From NCBI RefSeq assembly GCF_018350175.1, contig NC_058368.1:150972001-151036000 (forward strand): DNA of 64,000 nucleotides, read 5' to 3'. The position numbers were made by a program, and so were the translations under genes. Each line of letters opens with the position of its first letter. Positions within the stretch are counted from its first letter, which is position 1. This stretch comes from Felis catus (Eukaryota). Shown here one piece after another: positions 14,248 through 26,929 of this stretch. The notes beneath the pieces were generated by a model, which had not been told where the DNA came from, did not search any database, and worked only from the letters and a program-made list of their open reading frames with translations.

Positions 14248-14466
14248 TTTTAAAGTGTATTGAGAGACAGAGAGAGAGTGAGCAAGTATGAGCGGGAGGG
14301 TTGGGGGGGGGATGTGGGCAGAGAGAGAGAGAGGAAGAGAGAAATCCCCAGCAGGCTCCATGCTGTCAGCACAGAACCTGAGGTGGGGCTCAATCTCATG
14401 AACTGTGAGATCACGACCTGAGCTGAAATCAAGAGATGGACACTTAACCAACTGAACCCTACCCAG
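14248..14466 (-). mobile_element. Can-SINE
   Basis: GCAGGCTCCATGCTGTCAGCACAG...GATCACGACCTGAGCTGAAATCAAGAG. Confidence 0.9.
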
Positions 14467-14797
14467 AGACATTTCTAAGAAAAACAAAGTGGGAGTCATT
14501 TATTTTCAATACTTAAGTACTGTATTAACACTTAACACCCACCCCAATCCAAACTCTTGGATGTACTCAGGCTCTAATGTTTAACTGTGGGAGTATTAAC
14601 TGAGAAACACTCATTTTCTTCTAAAATATTTTATTACTAGGTATTGGTAACCAGAACTTTTAACTTATTTACAACAAAATTAATATAATTACCTACATGT
14701 CTGTCTTGAGGATTCCATTTGAACACTATTTATGCATCAGGCTGTAACAACCTAGATTAAAATGTTAACTAAAGTTCTTTAGAAATCCAGATGACAA

Positions 14798-14822
14798 GTG
14801 CTCGCTTTGGCACACATATACT
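14798..14822 (+). pseudogene. RNU6: Tailless, 3'-truncated U6 snRNA retrocopy (25 nt)
   Basis: GTGCTCGCTTTGGCACACATATACT vs U6 5' end GTGCTCGCTTCGGCAGCACATATACT; perfect TSD AGAAATCCAGATGACAA at 14781-14797 and 14823-14839. Confidence 0.9.
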
Positions 14823-14857
14823 AGAAATCCAGATGACAATTCAAGAGATAGCCAGGT

Positions 14858-14940
14858 TGTGTCAGAGTCCAGTCAGGAAACACAAACCACATTAGTTATA
14901 GGAAAAGAGAAAATCTCATATGAAGAACTGTTAACTATCA
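14858..14940 (-). mobile_element. Possible ERVL-class LTR terminus fragment
   Basis: TGTGTCAGAGTCCAGTCAGGAAACACAAACCACA resembles reverse-strand ends of ERVL LTRs; from memory. Confidence 0.45.
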
Positions 14941-15009
14941 ACACGTGGTCCTGATACTATTAGGTATCCATAGGCAAAAAAAAAAAAAAACAAAAACAAA
15001 ACAAAAAAA

Positions 15010-16140
15010 CCCCCCTTTGATTCTTGCTTTATACCATATATAAATATTAAAAGAAAAATGGATCATGGACCTAAATATAAAACTAAAAATTCTAGAAATA
15101 ACACAAGAGAAAATGTTTGTGTCATTGGGTTAGGAAAAGATTTCTCAGATACAAAAACATGATCCATAGAAGAAAAAACTGATAAAGTGGACCTCCTTAA
15201 AGTTAGACTTTTACTCTCCAAAAGATACATTAAGATACTTTTACTCTCTAATGCAAATAAAAGCCACAAAGTAGGAGAAATATTTGTAAATTATATATTT
15301 GATAAAGGACTTGTATCCAGAGTACACAAGTCAAAAATCAAAACTCATTAACAATAAAAACCAACCATCTAATTAAACAAATGGGCAAAAGATCTAAATA
15401 ATCACCTTTGCTGAAGAAGACAGATGAATGGCAAACAAGCACATGCTTAGCACATGCTTAGCACATGCTCATTATGTTGATTGTGATGATGGTTTCACCA
15501 ACAGTTAGGAAAATGCAAATGGAGACCACAATGATAGTACTACATACCTATTACAATGTCTAAAGTTTAAAAGATTGGCCATATGAAGTGTTCTTGAGGA
15601 TGGGGACCTAGAACTCTCATAAACACGTGGTGGAAATAAATAATGGTACAATTTTCTATTTTTTTTAAAGGTTTGCAAGTTTCTTAAGAAGTTAAACACA
15701 CAACTACCATTGATCCAGGCATTCCACTCTTACACGTTTACCTAAGAGAAATTAAAGCATATGTCCATACAAGAATTGATTCAAATGTGTTCATAGTGGC
15801 TTTATTTTCATTATCAAAAGTGAAAAATAATCCAAATATCCATCAATAAGTGAATGAACAAATTGTGACATATCCATATACTGTAACACTACTTAGGAAT
15901 AAAAAGGACTGATGTACTGATGCACTCAACATGGGTAAATCCTAGATGATCATGCTGAGTTGAAGAAGTCAACCCCTACCCACAAAAGAGTATATACTGT
16001 GTGATCAAGTTTATATAAAATTCAAAGTAACCTTTGTTATGTGAGGCTATGTGAGGGTGCAGACAGGAGGGAGAAGAGGGAGAAATTAGAATGGAATATA
16101 AGGATACAGGTATGTTCATTTTCTTGATTGTAATTACAGT
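15010..16140 (+). mobile_element. Old L1 ORF2 C-terminus/3' UTR (L1MB/MC-like)
   Basis: AAATGGATCATGGACCTAAAT...GATAAAGGACTTGTATCCAGA...GATCCAGGCATTCCACTCTT; local tandem duplications (ACATGCTTAGC x3). Confidence 0.85.
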
Positions 16141-18310
16141 GACACTACCCAACAGGGTTAGGAGACCATGTCTGAATTCAGGGGATTCTCTAAGCACTTC
16201 TTAGGACTTTCATGTTCAATAGTAAAAGTTAATTAAAAACTACAACAAAACAAACAAAGAGGACACAGACCCATCACAGATGAAAGTTTGGGGTCACTTT
16301 GACAGGTAATGAATGGACTTTTGACTAGCTAAGTTCCTGGGTGAGGAAAGGCAAAGGAAAGAGGGATTGGGTATTCGAAGAAAGAATTTATATATATAAA
16401 AGACCAGTTATAGAAATTAAGACACTACCAGTTCTACAAATTTCCTTCCTTTCTTTGTGCTTGTGCGCACACGTACCTACCTCCAAGGGATAATTGTACT
16501 CATCGGTAATTTGAAATTAATTACTCTGCCCTTTTGGTTCAGTGGAATGAGTAACCCAGAATATCCAGGTGAAATTCTAATTCAATGAACGATGTGGATC
16601 TCTAGGTGGAAATATTCCTTCCTTGGAGAACAAGAATGACTGATGCCCTTACAGGAAGAGATTAGGACAAAGATATATACAAAGGAAAGACCATGTGAAG
16701 ACAGGGAGAAGACAGGTATTTACAAGCCAAAGAAAAAGACCTCAGAAGAAACCAAAGCTGCCCGTGCCTTGATCTTGAACTCTAGCCTCCAGAACTGAAA
16801 GGAAATACCTTTCTGGCATTTAAGCCATCCAATCTGTGGTATGTTAGGACAGTCCCAGTAAACTAGTACAATGTACTCCTACCTGTATCTCAAATCAAGC
16901 AAACTGACAAGCTGAAAGTCTGCCCACTGGGAGGACTACCCTTGTTGAATATCCCGGTAGATCAAAGCATACTAATTGCCACTATGTCTCTGGTACCCAT
17001 TACAGTAAATGTGCCCAACTTGTTTTTGGAAATTAAGTGCTATTTCGTCTCCAAAAAACAGTCACCACAGAGCTATTTAAGAACGCCAATACTCCCCTCC
17101 CTAATGTATTCTCCAAGGCTTTGTAAAGTGATTATCTTCTGGGCTGTCTCAAGAGATGTAGTTAGGAATGTCTATACTGATATGCGTGGTAAATACACTC
17201 CAACATTCCTATTTCCATTAGCCTTTGGCTTTTACTATTCCAAGGAATTTCTGGCATCTCTTCCTCATTATATATAGGCCACCATTGAGTCTCACTTTCA
17301 GTAAACAAAAAGTAAACTGTTAGAGTCACTTCCAGCTACATGAGCTAATGCACTGAATTCAATATCTTTAGTAAGTGCACCCATATCCATAAATGTTACC
17401 CAATATTCTATTCCATCCTTTTTGGTCCAGACCCTCAGAATTTGTTCCCTCATGAACTCCCCAAATTTCTGCATGTACAAATTAGCAAAATGTGGCAATT
17501 TTCTTGGTATGTAAGCTACTTCTTCTTGGGTGAGACTTTGTATTTTAGAACACACTAAAACATGACCCTATTAATGAGTCTACAAAGAATGGTTCAGGTA
17601 AGTCTTTAGGAGAGGGGGCATCCTCTTTAAGGTAGTTGCCTTGGGTAAGGTTATTACGGGTAAGCATGGGAAGGCTAGTCTTACTGCAAGGAAGCGGCCT
17701 CCATTTGCAATGCATTCCTTCCAAGTTTCAGAGTCCCATATCTTCCAACTGCTCCAACTTTTACAATTTTGTGACACTGTGAATTCAACTTATGTTATAA
17801 TTTTATAATCCTTACAATTAATTTTTTTTAATCTTCAGCAATATTGATATTCTTGCTACAAGAGACAAGAAATTATTTGAAGCTCTCTGGCTCTCTGACC
17901 ATGCCTTAAACTAAGAATTAAAAACCTGTGCTTCTCAATTTTTTTATGTAAATGTTCCAGTTCATTCAGATGAATCCATCGCATACCAAAGTTCTTTTAG
18001 AATACAGCCATGATGATAAAATATGGTATGATAACCAGTGAAGTACTTCCCAAGGTACTTCTTTCCAAAGGTATTTTATCACAATCAACTAATAGTTGAT
18101 AGTTTGCTTAACTGTGATGCCACCACATACCATGGATTACCAGCATTTCATATTCTAGTGGCACAGATCTCAGCATTTCATTTGAGTCCAAGGACATGCC
18201 ACAAATCCCATCTTTGTAAAGTATCCAAGCAATCATTCTACTTTATTCAAACCTTATTTAGTATGTATCCAAGTTATTTTCTAATCCATAAAATGTAATT
18301 GGTACCAATA
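16140..18310 (-). mobile_element. ERVL internal relic (gag on minus strand ~16875-18210; dUTPase/3' region 16140-16637, partly inverted)
   Basis: ORF 17298-17555 QSLTQEEVAYIPRKL..FANLYMQK.GE.MREQILRVW...FMDMGALTKD..F resembles ERVL gag; TTGGTACCA PBS-like motif near 18300. Confidence 0.8.
16638..16870 (+). mobile_element. MLT1 (MaLR) LTR, 3' half
   Basis: AAGACCATGTGAAGACAGGGAGAAGAC...CTTGATCTTGAACTCTAGCCTCCAGAACTG...TTTAAGCCATCCAATCTGTGGTA...AAACTAGTACA. Confidence 0.85.
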
Positions 18311-19386
18311 ATTGTGTAGGAAAAGATGACCAATCACAAATTGCAAAAATATTTTGAAATATGAGGGACTCATGTGACTCACTGAAAAAGTATCTTCCTT
18401 ACAGTGTAGTAAACCTATTATAGTGATTGAAAACATTTAGGTAATAAATCTAATGCTTACTCAGACCAAAAACTGTATGGTGCATCTCAAGGAATTTGTA
18501 TATGGTGAAGCTACAGACCTACTCCGTTGTGATTTTAGATGTATTAAGGCACATCATAGACACTGAACTAAATTCCCTAGCAAAAAGGGAATGTTTTCAT
18601 TTCAATTGTGATTTTGCATGAATTCTTTTGAATGCCCTAAATTTATAGGTATTTGTGAGAAAATAAAAGGGCCTATAATCTTTTCCCTAGCTATCACGTT
18701 ATAGCAACTAGTTTTTATTTTTATTTTCCTTCACCATAATTCCTCATGGTAGGTGGGGAGATGAAAATGAATTATCTAGAACTAAATTTTCATTAAATAT
18801 TAAGTTTTCAAGCATCAACACAGCAAAAACTAGTTCCAGAACTACATCTCTTGAGCACAAAGTAGGGTTTCAAGACAGATGACTGCCTTTCTTTAATTTA
18901 AACAATGTTCATAAAGAAGGCTAAACTCTAAACAACGTGTACAGCTTATCGCGTGACCTCTATATTACCTCTATATAGTGGGGAGGTTCAGTTGCCTAAG
19001 GGTTATTAACGTCACAGCATCAACAAAATGTTTCACAGAATATGACTTAACCATTTAAATGAGTAATGATAAGTTGAGTAGTGATATTGCTGCACAATAT
19101 TTTGGTCTGACTCAATTCTACCATTATAGGGTATTGGTAGAGAATTACTGTTTTAGGCCGTCTGTATTGACTTTAGTCAAAATGTTGTTTTATTTCTTCG
19201 AAGACTTTTTTGAGAAATTACCAGTTGAGAAATCAAATGGCAACTGGAATCACTACATAAATTATAAGTTTCAGAGTGGATAAATTTGCTATCAGTCAAT
19301 TTATCATATAAGATTTGAGAAACTTAAACAATGATGGCAATTAAAATTGAGATTTGATACTTCTCAGTTAAAATCAATCTACTGTT

Positions 19387-19605
19387 GGGGTGCCTAGGTG
19401 GCTCAGTCGGTTAACCATTTGACTTTTGGTTTCAGCTCAGGTTATGACGTCACAGTTCATGGGTTCGAGCCCCACCTCGGCCTCTGCACTGACAATGCTG
19501 AGCCTTCTTGGGATTCTCTCACTCCCCCTGCCTCTCTGCACCTCCCCTGCTCATTTGCTCTCTCTCTCTCAAAATAAATAAACGTTTTTAAAAACTAAAA
19601 AAATA
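19387..19605 (+). mobile_element. Can-SINE
   Basis: Full head, body and tail; TSD AAAATCAATCTACTGTT/AAAATCAATATACTGTT. Confidence 0.93.
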
Positions 19606-21713
19606 AAATCAATATACTGTTATTAGTACTTTTTCCTCTTTGTTGATTTCACTGTTTACATAGTATTTCTAGGTGATTCTTCCATATATTCTCAAGTTAG
19701 GCAGAAATTCAATTAAATGAGTATTGTGTGAATTATAATCCTTTAATTCTTTCCTGTATTTAGAAGGGGCTTTTAGAGATTCCTGACAGAGTATTATTAT
19801 TCAGTAGTTAAAACAACAATGTATTACACATTTAAATATTGTCACACATGAAACAGGGATAAATAACTAAAGTGACAATTTATGATATCCTTAAAACATG
19901 TTTATACCTCTGTATAGCACTGTTACAAAAAAAAAGAATACAATTCATTCTCATCCTTATAAAGAAGGGCTCCTCTAAGAAGTGTGTTTTTAAAAACTGA
20001 AAGCAACTATTGTTTATGGATAATTCATTTTAAAATTGGGATTATAAGAAGATACTCCAAAAGCCAAAAAATAAACTTCGTAACATTTTTAAACATTAGA
20101 TATAAAAGGTCTGTGACATTACATGTAACAAAAAATTAACTTATGTCTCAAATATAACAACAGTAAAATTTCAGTTAGCAAATCTCTATATAACTTTTTA
20201 AACTGAAATGTGAACATATCCACCTGCAGTATGAGTCAACAAAACCCCTGTCACGAGGGTCCGACCAAATGCAATCATTGGCCCTGTCATCACTGCCCCA
20301 CATAGAACAAGACTGACCATAAGATTTGTGCTTGATCTGCCTTGGTTCATGATCACTATCATGGGAGTAACAAATGAGGCTGGCCATACAAAAAGAATTT
20401 CATTTCATGAAATGATTTCAAAGATAAAAGGATCAACTGCTTCCCAAGCTTTCTCTTACTGACCACCTGACATTCCAGAATCAAAAACCTACCTAAGAGG
20501 TGACTATGAGAATTAAACAAGTTAACGTTTATGAAACACACAGAACAGTGAAAGAATGTTTGTTTAATAAAACAATTTTTATTCCTTTGATCTACACTGT
20601 GTTTTAAGAAATAAGACATTAAACCCTATCAGTCATTTTCATCTCAGGAATTCATTTCTTCAATCTTGTCCCCAGAGCAAAAATTAATAGGATGAAGTTG
20701 GAGAAGACATGAAAGAATTGGCCATCTTTCTTTAAGAAAGAATGAGGGTGTGGAAAGAGAAAACAACGTGAAGAGAAAAGGCTCAGAACAAAGACGATCT
20801 GTTACTAAAATATAAGGTACAAACGTCCCTTACTTTACAATGTTTTTCGCCCGGTATCAACTTGCCTTCCATGCAGTTTGGCAATATCAAACCACAGCAA
20901 TACAGACTGCTCAATTCTTCTGTAGAGTGTGCAGAACAATTCATCTGTTATTTAAATTCAGAGGCTTAGAGGGGGAAAATGTTAGTATATATTTGATTCA
21001 AGCAATGCTTGAGTGACAAATGTGGGTTATGTTAATTTTGACTTTCTTCTGATCATCAAAGACACCTCTCCTCACACACTTAGATATAAAGCAAAGCAAA
21101 ATTGTCACTTATTTAACACTACAGTTATTATGTTTATAGTTACAATATCATATATGATAAATATAATCCCAATGCATATTTTCTTTCCATGAAATTAAAG
21201 ATAAAATCTCACACATACTCAGGCAACAAAAGCAAAACTAAGCAAGAGGGACTACATCAGACTACAAAGCATCTGTATTGGTAATGACCAATAAAATGAA
21301 AGGTAATGTACACAATGGGAGAAAATATTTGCAAACCATATATCTGATAAGGGGCTAATATCCAAACTATATAAGGAACTCATACAACTCAATAGCAAAA
21401 AAACTAATAACACAATTTTTAAAAAGACAAAGGTCCTAAACAGACATTTTCCCAAAGAACACATATATACGGCCAACAGGTACATGGAAAGGTACTCAAA
21501 ATCACTAATCATCAAGGAAATGCAGAGAAAAACTACAAAAGCTATCACTTCACACCTTTTAGGATGGTTATTATCAAAAAGACAAGAGATAAGTTTGGGC
21601 ACAAATGTGGAGAAAAGGGAATCCTTGCACACTGTTCCTGGGAATGTAAATTGGTACAGTCGCTATGGAAAACAGTATGGAGGATCCTCAAAAAATTAAA
21701 AATAGAACTACAA

Positions 21714-21908
21714 GGCACCTTGGTGGCTCAGTTGAGAGTCATACTTTGGCTCAGGTCACCATCTCATAGTTGTTGAGTTTGAGCCCCGCATGAGGCAATC
21801 TGCTCTCAGCACAGAGCCCACTTAGGATCCTCTGTCCTCCCTCTCTGCCCCTCCCCCACTCACGCACGTTTTCTTTCTCTCAAAAATAAATAAACATTAA
21901 AAAAAATA
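21714..21908 (+). mobile_element. Can-SINE nested in L1
   Basis: TSD AAAATAGAACTACAA/AAAATTGAACTACAA. Confidence 0.9.
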
Positions 21909-22477
21909 AAAATTGAACTACAATATGATCCCGCAATTCCACTTCTGTATACATCCAAAGGAAATAAAATCAGAATCTTGAAGAGATACATGCACTCTCA
22001 AGTTCACTGCAGCATTATTTACAAAAACCAAGGTATGAAATAACCTAAGTGTCTGTTGACAGATAAATGGATAAAGAAAATGTAATATACATATTCAATG
22101 GAGTATTCTTCAGCATAAAAAAAGAAGAAAAGCCTACCAATTATGCCAATATGGATAAATCTCGAGGGGATTATGCTAAATCAAATAAGCCAGATACAGA
22201 AAAGACAAATACTGTATGATTTTGTGGGATCTAAAAAAGTTGAATTCAATTGAGCCAAAGGGTAGAACAGTGATTGCCAGGGACTTGGGGTCTAGAAAAC
22301 CAGGATGTGGGTCAAAGGATAGAAACTTTCAGGTTAAGATGAAGAAGTTCCTGGAATCTAATGCATGCCATGGTGAGTATAGTTAATAATACTATACTAT
22401 ATATTTGGAAGTTTGCTAAGAGAGTAGATCTTAATTAACTTCTTACCACAAAGATGCAAAAAAATGCAATCACTTCA

Positions 22478-22687
22478 GGGGCACCTGGGTGGCTCAGTTG
22501 GTTAAGCGTTTGACTCCGGCTCAGGTCATGATCTCACAGTCCGTGAGTTTGAGCCCCGCGTCGGGCTCTGTGCTGACAGCTCAGAGCCTGGAGCCTGTTT
22601 CCGATCCTGTGTCTCCCTCTCTCTGCCCCTCCCCTGTTCATGCTCTGTCTCTCTCTGTCTCAAAAATAAATAAACGTTAAAAAAAAG
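22478..22687 (+). mobile_element. SINEC_Fc-like element nested in L1 3' UTR
   Basis: Near-consensus body; TSD ATGCAATCACTTCA/ATGTAATCACTTCA. Confidence 0.93.
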
Positions 22688-23179
22688 ATGTAATCACTTC
22701 ACAGTGTATATGTATATTAAACCTTCATGTTGTACACATTAGATATACACAATTTTTATTTGTTATATCTCAATAAAGCTGGAAATTTTTTCACACATAA
22801 AAATGGATAATTTTTGTTAATAAATACAGGTGCTAAAATAATCATATAGATTTAATTTCTAAATATGTAAAATTTATATAATTTATAAATTATACCTACA
22901 TGATACCATAGCAACTGAACACAAAATGAAACATTCAATTCATTTGGTAGATATGAGGTTTTTCCCATCACATGGGCTGTTTCTTTCCCTTAAATTACCT
23001 GATAATTTATGAAATCAAAAGGCTAAGTTTTCACTAACATGAGGCTTTTCTTAACTCTTAAGATGGATAAATAAATCATTAAATTCTCTAACAAGTTTTT
23101 GTTTGTTTAAATATAAATATACCTTAACCCTCATTCTGCACCTGTTCATTCTTCCTTTTGTCCCTTCCTTTCTTTACCT

Positions 23180-23310
23180 GCTTTAAGTAACCTCCCAAGC
23201 CTCAGTTTCTGGCTCTGAAAAATGAGGCTAATATAAACTACAAAGTTTTCAGGAAGATTAAATAAGACAATGTATGTAAAGTACCCAGCACAGTGTCAAA
23301 TACAATAAGG
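23180..23310 (+). mobile_element. MIR fragment
   Basis: AAGCCTCAGTTTCT...AAAATGAGG...GAAGATTAAATAAGACAATGTATGTAAAG. Confidence 0.65.
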
Positions 23311-24499
23311 TTTCTTTTCTTCCCACCACTCTTTCCTTGTCAGTTCTAGAAGAGTCAGAATAATTGTAATGGATGAGAAAGAAATGTTTGCTTACATCCT
23401 TGGTTTGCTCCCCAATTTAGGCACTGGTTAACAATATATTTGATGTTCAAAGTTTTCTTTATAATATGCTATCGAGAAAACCAAAGACATTTATTTATTC
23501 ACCTAACTACATAGTGCTGCATCTCCTTTCAACCAGGGAATGCTTTGTGCTAACACTGCTGTAAAATTTCCCTTTGGCAGCCACAGTGGCTCTAAGACGA
23601 ATGATCTGAACTGAAGGGCCCGTTTTAGGACTACAGAGACAGAATATCTGAGTATAACTTAAACTCTGATTAAGTTATTAAGGGCAAACAGAATTCAGGA
23701 GATTTCGGCAGAACAGACACATCAACTACTAATCTGCTAAAGAAAGGAGTGACTGACTAGACATCAGGCCACTGCTGTTCCTGTTCTTGTGGTTGCAGGA
23801 GGCCATTGGACAGAGGTTAGGGATCAAGCAGCGTATTCTTCTGCTTCCAGGAGACCACCCCATCCTGAAGTCTTTAACGATTCATAAGGGTGTCAAAGTT
23901 GACAACAAAGTTACTGATGATGGTTTAAGCTAATGTCTAGAGATTAGCTAATTTGAAGTGAGTAGAGAATCACTAATTATCTTAGCATTTTGAAAGTTGG
24001 TCAAGTACATGAGGTTGTGAGGGAAAGAGTTTATAAATTAAACCATAATTGTGAACTCCCTGTGTTCACAACAGTCGGTGTTCATGAGTTCCCTTCAGGC
24101 ATAAATAAATACCTTTTGGAGGGAGGCTGCCCATAACTTTCCTTTAAGCCTCTGAAATATAAATTTTAAAAAGAATAAACAATATGAACTCACTGAAGCC
24201 TAGCTTTCACCAAAGATAACCTCAACAAATGAGACCCTTAATGATTTATGTTTAAATCCAACCTTTGCATACACTTGACATTATATTTGAGAGAAAGTTG
24301 TGAAACAGTAGACATATATCTCCAAAGTCCAATATAACTATAATTTGAGGAACTTTCACATAAGCAAAGTAATGTCATTTTTAATTTTACAACAGTTTCC
24401 AAACCTCGAGAAACTGCTCATTATCTCTGGGTAGTGAAACTCAGGGAACTGGGAGCCTAGTTTTTACCATCGATCTCTGTGCAACTTTTAACTTTTTAT

Positions 24500-24725
24500 T
24501 TATTTATTTTTAATTTTTTTTTCAACGTTCATTTATTTTTGGGACAGAGAGAGACAGAGCATGAACGGGGGAGGGGCAGAGAGAGAGGGAGACACAGAAT
24601 CAGAAATAGGCTCCAGGCTCTGAGCCATCAGCCCAGAGCCCGACGCGGGGCTCGAACTCACGGACCGCGAGATCGTGACCTGGCTGAAGTCGGACGCTTA
24701 ACCGACTGCGCCACCCAGGCGCCCC
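24500..24725 (-). mobile_element. Very young SINEC_Fc, CpGs intact, in the L1 A tail
   Basis: Reverse complement GGGGCGCCTGGGTGGCGCAGTCGGTTAAGCGTCCGACTTCAGCCAGGTCACGATCTCGCGGTCCGTGAGTTCGAGCCCCGCGTCGGG. Confidence 0.95.
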
Positions 24726-24729
24726 TATT

Positions 24730-25539
24730 TATTTTTTAATATATATTTTTGAAGTATAATTAACACAGTGGTATATTAGTTTCAGGAGTGATTCAACGAT
24801 TCTTTCCATTACTCAGTGCTTTCTATAAATTTAGTCACCATCTGTCTCCAAACCACATTATTACATTATTGACTATATTCCCTATGCTCTACTTTTCCTC
24901 TCTGTGACTTATTTTATATAACTGAAAGTTTGTATCTCTTAATCCTCCTTTTCACCTATTTCCTCACCTTCCTCGCCTCTGGCAACCACCAATTCATTCT
25001 CTGCATTTAAGAGTCTGTTTTTTTCTTTGTTTATTCATTTGTCTTGTTTCTTTAGACTCCACATATAAGTGAAATCATGTGGTATTATTTATATTTCTCT
25101 GACTTATTTCACTTAGCATAATACCATCTAAATCCATCCTTGTTGTGGCAAATGGCAGGCTCTTGCCATTTTTATGGCTGAGTAATATTCCACTGTACAT
25201 ATACCATATCATCTTTATTCATCCATCTATTGATGGACTTTTGGGTTTTTTTCATATCTTAGCTATTGTAAACAATGCTTCAATAAACAAAGAGGTGTAT
25301 GTATCATTTCGAATTAGAGTTTTTATTTTCTTTGGGTAAATACTCAGTAGTGGAATTGCTGCATCATACGATTTTTCTATTTTTAATCTTTTGAGGCAGA
25401 GGGCCTGCAATAGACATTTTTTCAAAGACACACAGATGGCCAACAGACACATAAAAACATGCTCAACATCACTAATCATCAGGGAAATGCAAATCAAAAA
25501 TACAATGAGATGTCACCTTACACCTGTGAAAATGGCTAG
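24730..25539 (-). mobile_element. 5'-inverted L1 (minus-strand 3' end plus plus-strand inverted ORF2 piece)
   Basis: 24730-25395 is the reverse complement of an L1 3' end; 25396-25539 is a sense ORF2 segment ([35 protein letters not shown]). Confidence 0.85.
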
Positions 25540-26088
25540 AACTTTCATCTTTTTAAAAGCACGTATATGTGTGCCTATTTTCAAAAATTGATTAAAATTA
25601 ATAAACAATAAACTAAAATCTGAATGTGAATTTCCAAAAGTACATTAAGGACACATAATTAGAAAACAATATGCCTCAAAACTATGATGTAGACAATTAA
25701 GAATGTCTTGAAAAGAAAAATTATACTTGATAACGTCAACAACTTAAAAACTTCGTAATACATTGAAATAGGAAAAGATCTTAATCTTTTCCTGGATCCC
25801 AAAAGAGATTATGTCAAAGTCTCTGTTGCTATTAAACCCAAATAGGTTCATTAATCTCATGTACACAGAGATAAGTATATGCACCTCTTTATAGGCTTCA
25901 GTGCAGTATTATGCTTTCATGTGCCACTTTGAACATCACTTGTTGCTCAAGCAAGCCTCAGCTGACTACCCAATCTAAAGTAAGCTTCCATTGCCCTGTT
26001 TTATTTATCATAGCACTTATGGCTATCTCATATTTTCTTTTATTTACTTGTTTATTGACTATCTCATCTCTTTAAAATGTAAATTCCA

Positions 26089-26204
26089 GGGGCACCTGGC
26101 TGGCTCAATTGGTAGAGCATGCGACCCTTGATCTCAAGAGTTTGAGCTTAAGTCCCTTGTTGGGCATAGAGGTTACTTTAAAAACTAAACTAAACTAATA
26201 AATA
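26089..26204 (+). mobile_element. Short old Can-SINE within an L2 fragment
   Basis: GGGGCACCTGGCTGGCTCAATTGGTAGAGCATGCGACCCTTGATCTC; TSD AAAATGTAAATTCCA/AAAATGTAGCTTCCA. Confidence 0.85.
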
Positions 26205-26469
26205 AAATGTAGCTTCCATAATCAGACATAAAATCAGTAGGAGCAAGAACAATACAAAGCATATAAGCTCTCAATAAATATTTGCTGAATGAAAGAATAA
26301 GCTAACATTTTTCTAAAACAAATGTCTATGAACTTGAACATATACTGGATTACTTGGTAATCTTTAATTAAATATTTATGAAGCATTCCTTAAATTCCAA
26401 TTACTTCTAAAATTATTTGAACACTTTCCAACTAGTCTCTCCTCCCTTTCTCTACTTCAATGCAACATA

Positions 26470-26690
26470 TTTTTTTTATTTTTAAATTATTTTAAGTTTA
26501 TTCATTTATTTTTGAAGAGACACTGAGAGAACAAGCGGGGGAGGGGCAGAGAGGAAGAGAGAAATTCCCAAGCAGACTGCACCGCCAGCACAGAGCCTGC
26601 TGCGGGGCTCAAACTCACGAACCATGAAATGATAACCTGAGCTGAAATCAAGAGTAGGACGCTCATCCAACCGAGCCACCCAGGCACCCT
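26470..26690 (-). mobile_element. Can-SINE
   Basis: Reverse-complement head CCGAGCCACCCAGGCACCC; AACATATTTTT flanks both sides. Confidence 0.9.
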
Positions 26691-26929
26691 TAAGATAACA
26701 TATTTTTAAATGTGGCAAATTGCAGGCATCTGGGGGAGGATTCTACTTATTTCAATAATGGCACACACACTAAATAGTAAAATCTAAGTTGCCTTCAAAC
26801 GGGTATTACTGAGCATGACTGTGTTTCCAGACATAAGCTATCCCATCCACGGGTGATACATGCTTATTTCTTCCACCCACGTCAGAAATCAGTGCCTTGG
26901 CTTGCTATTCTCTACTCTATATTCTGTCT

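Larger units (their letters stand above)
21222..22785 (+). mobile_element. 5'-truncated L1 (L1MA/MB-like) interrupted by two SINEs
   Basis: ORF2 C-terminal remnant (MERYSKSLIIKEMQ..T...HL) plus 3' end CTCAATAAAGCTGG. Confidence 0.9.
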
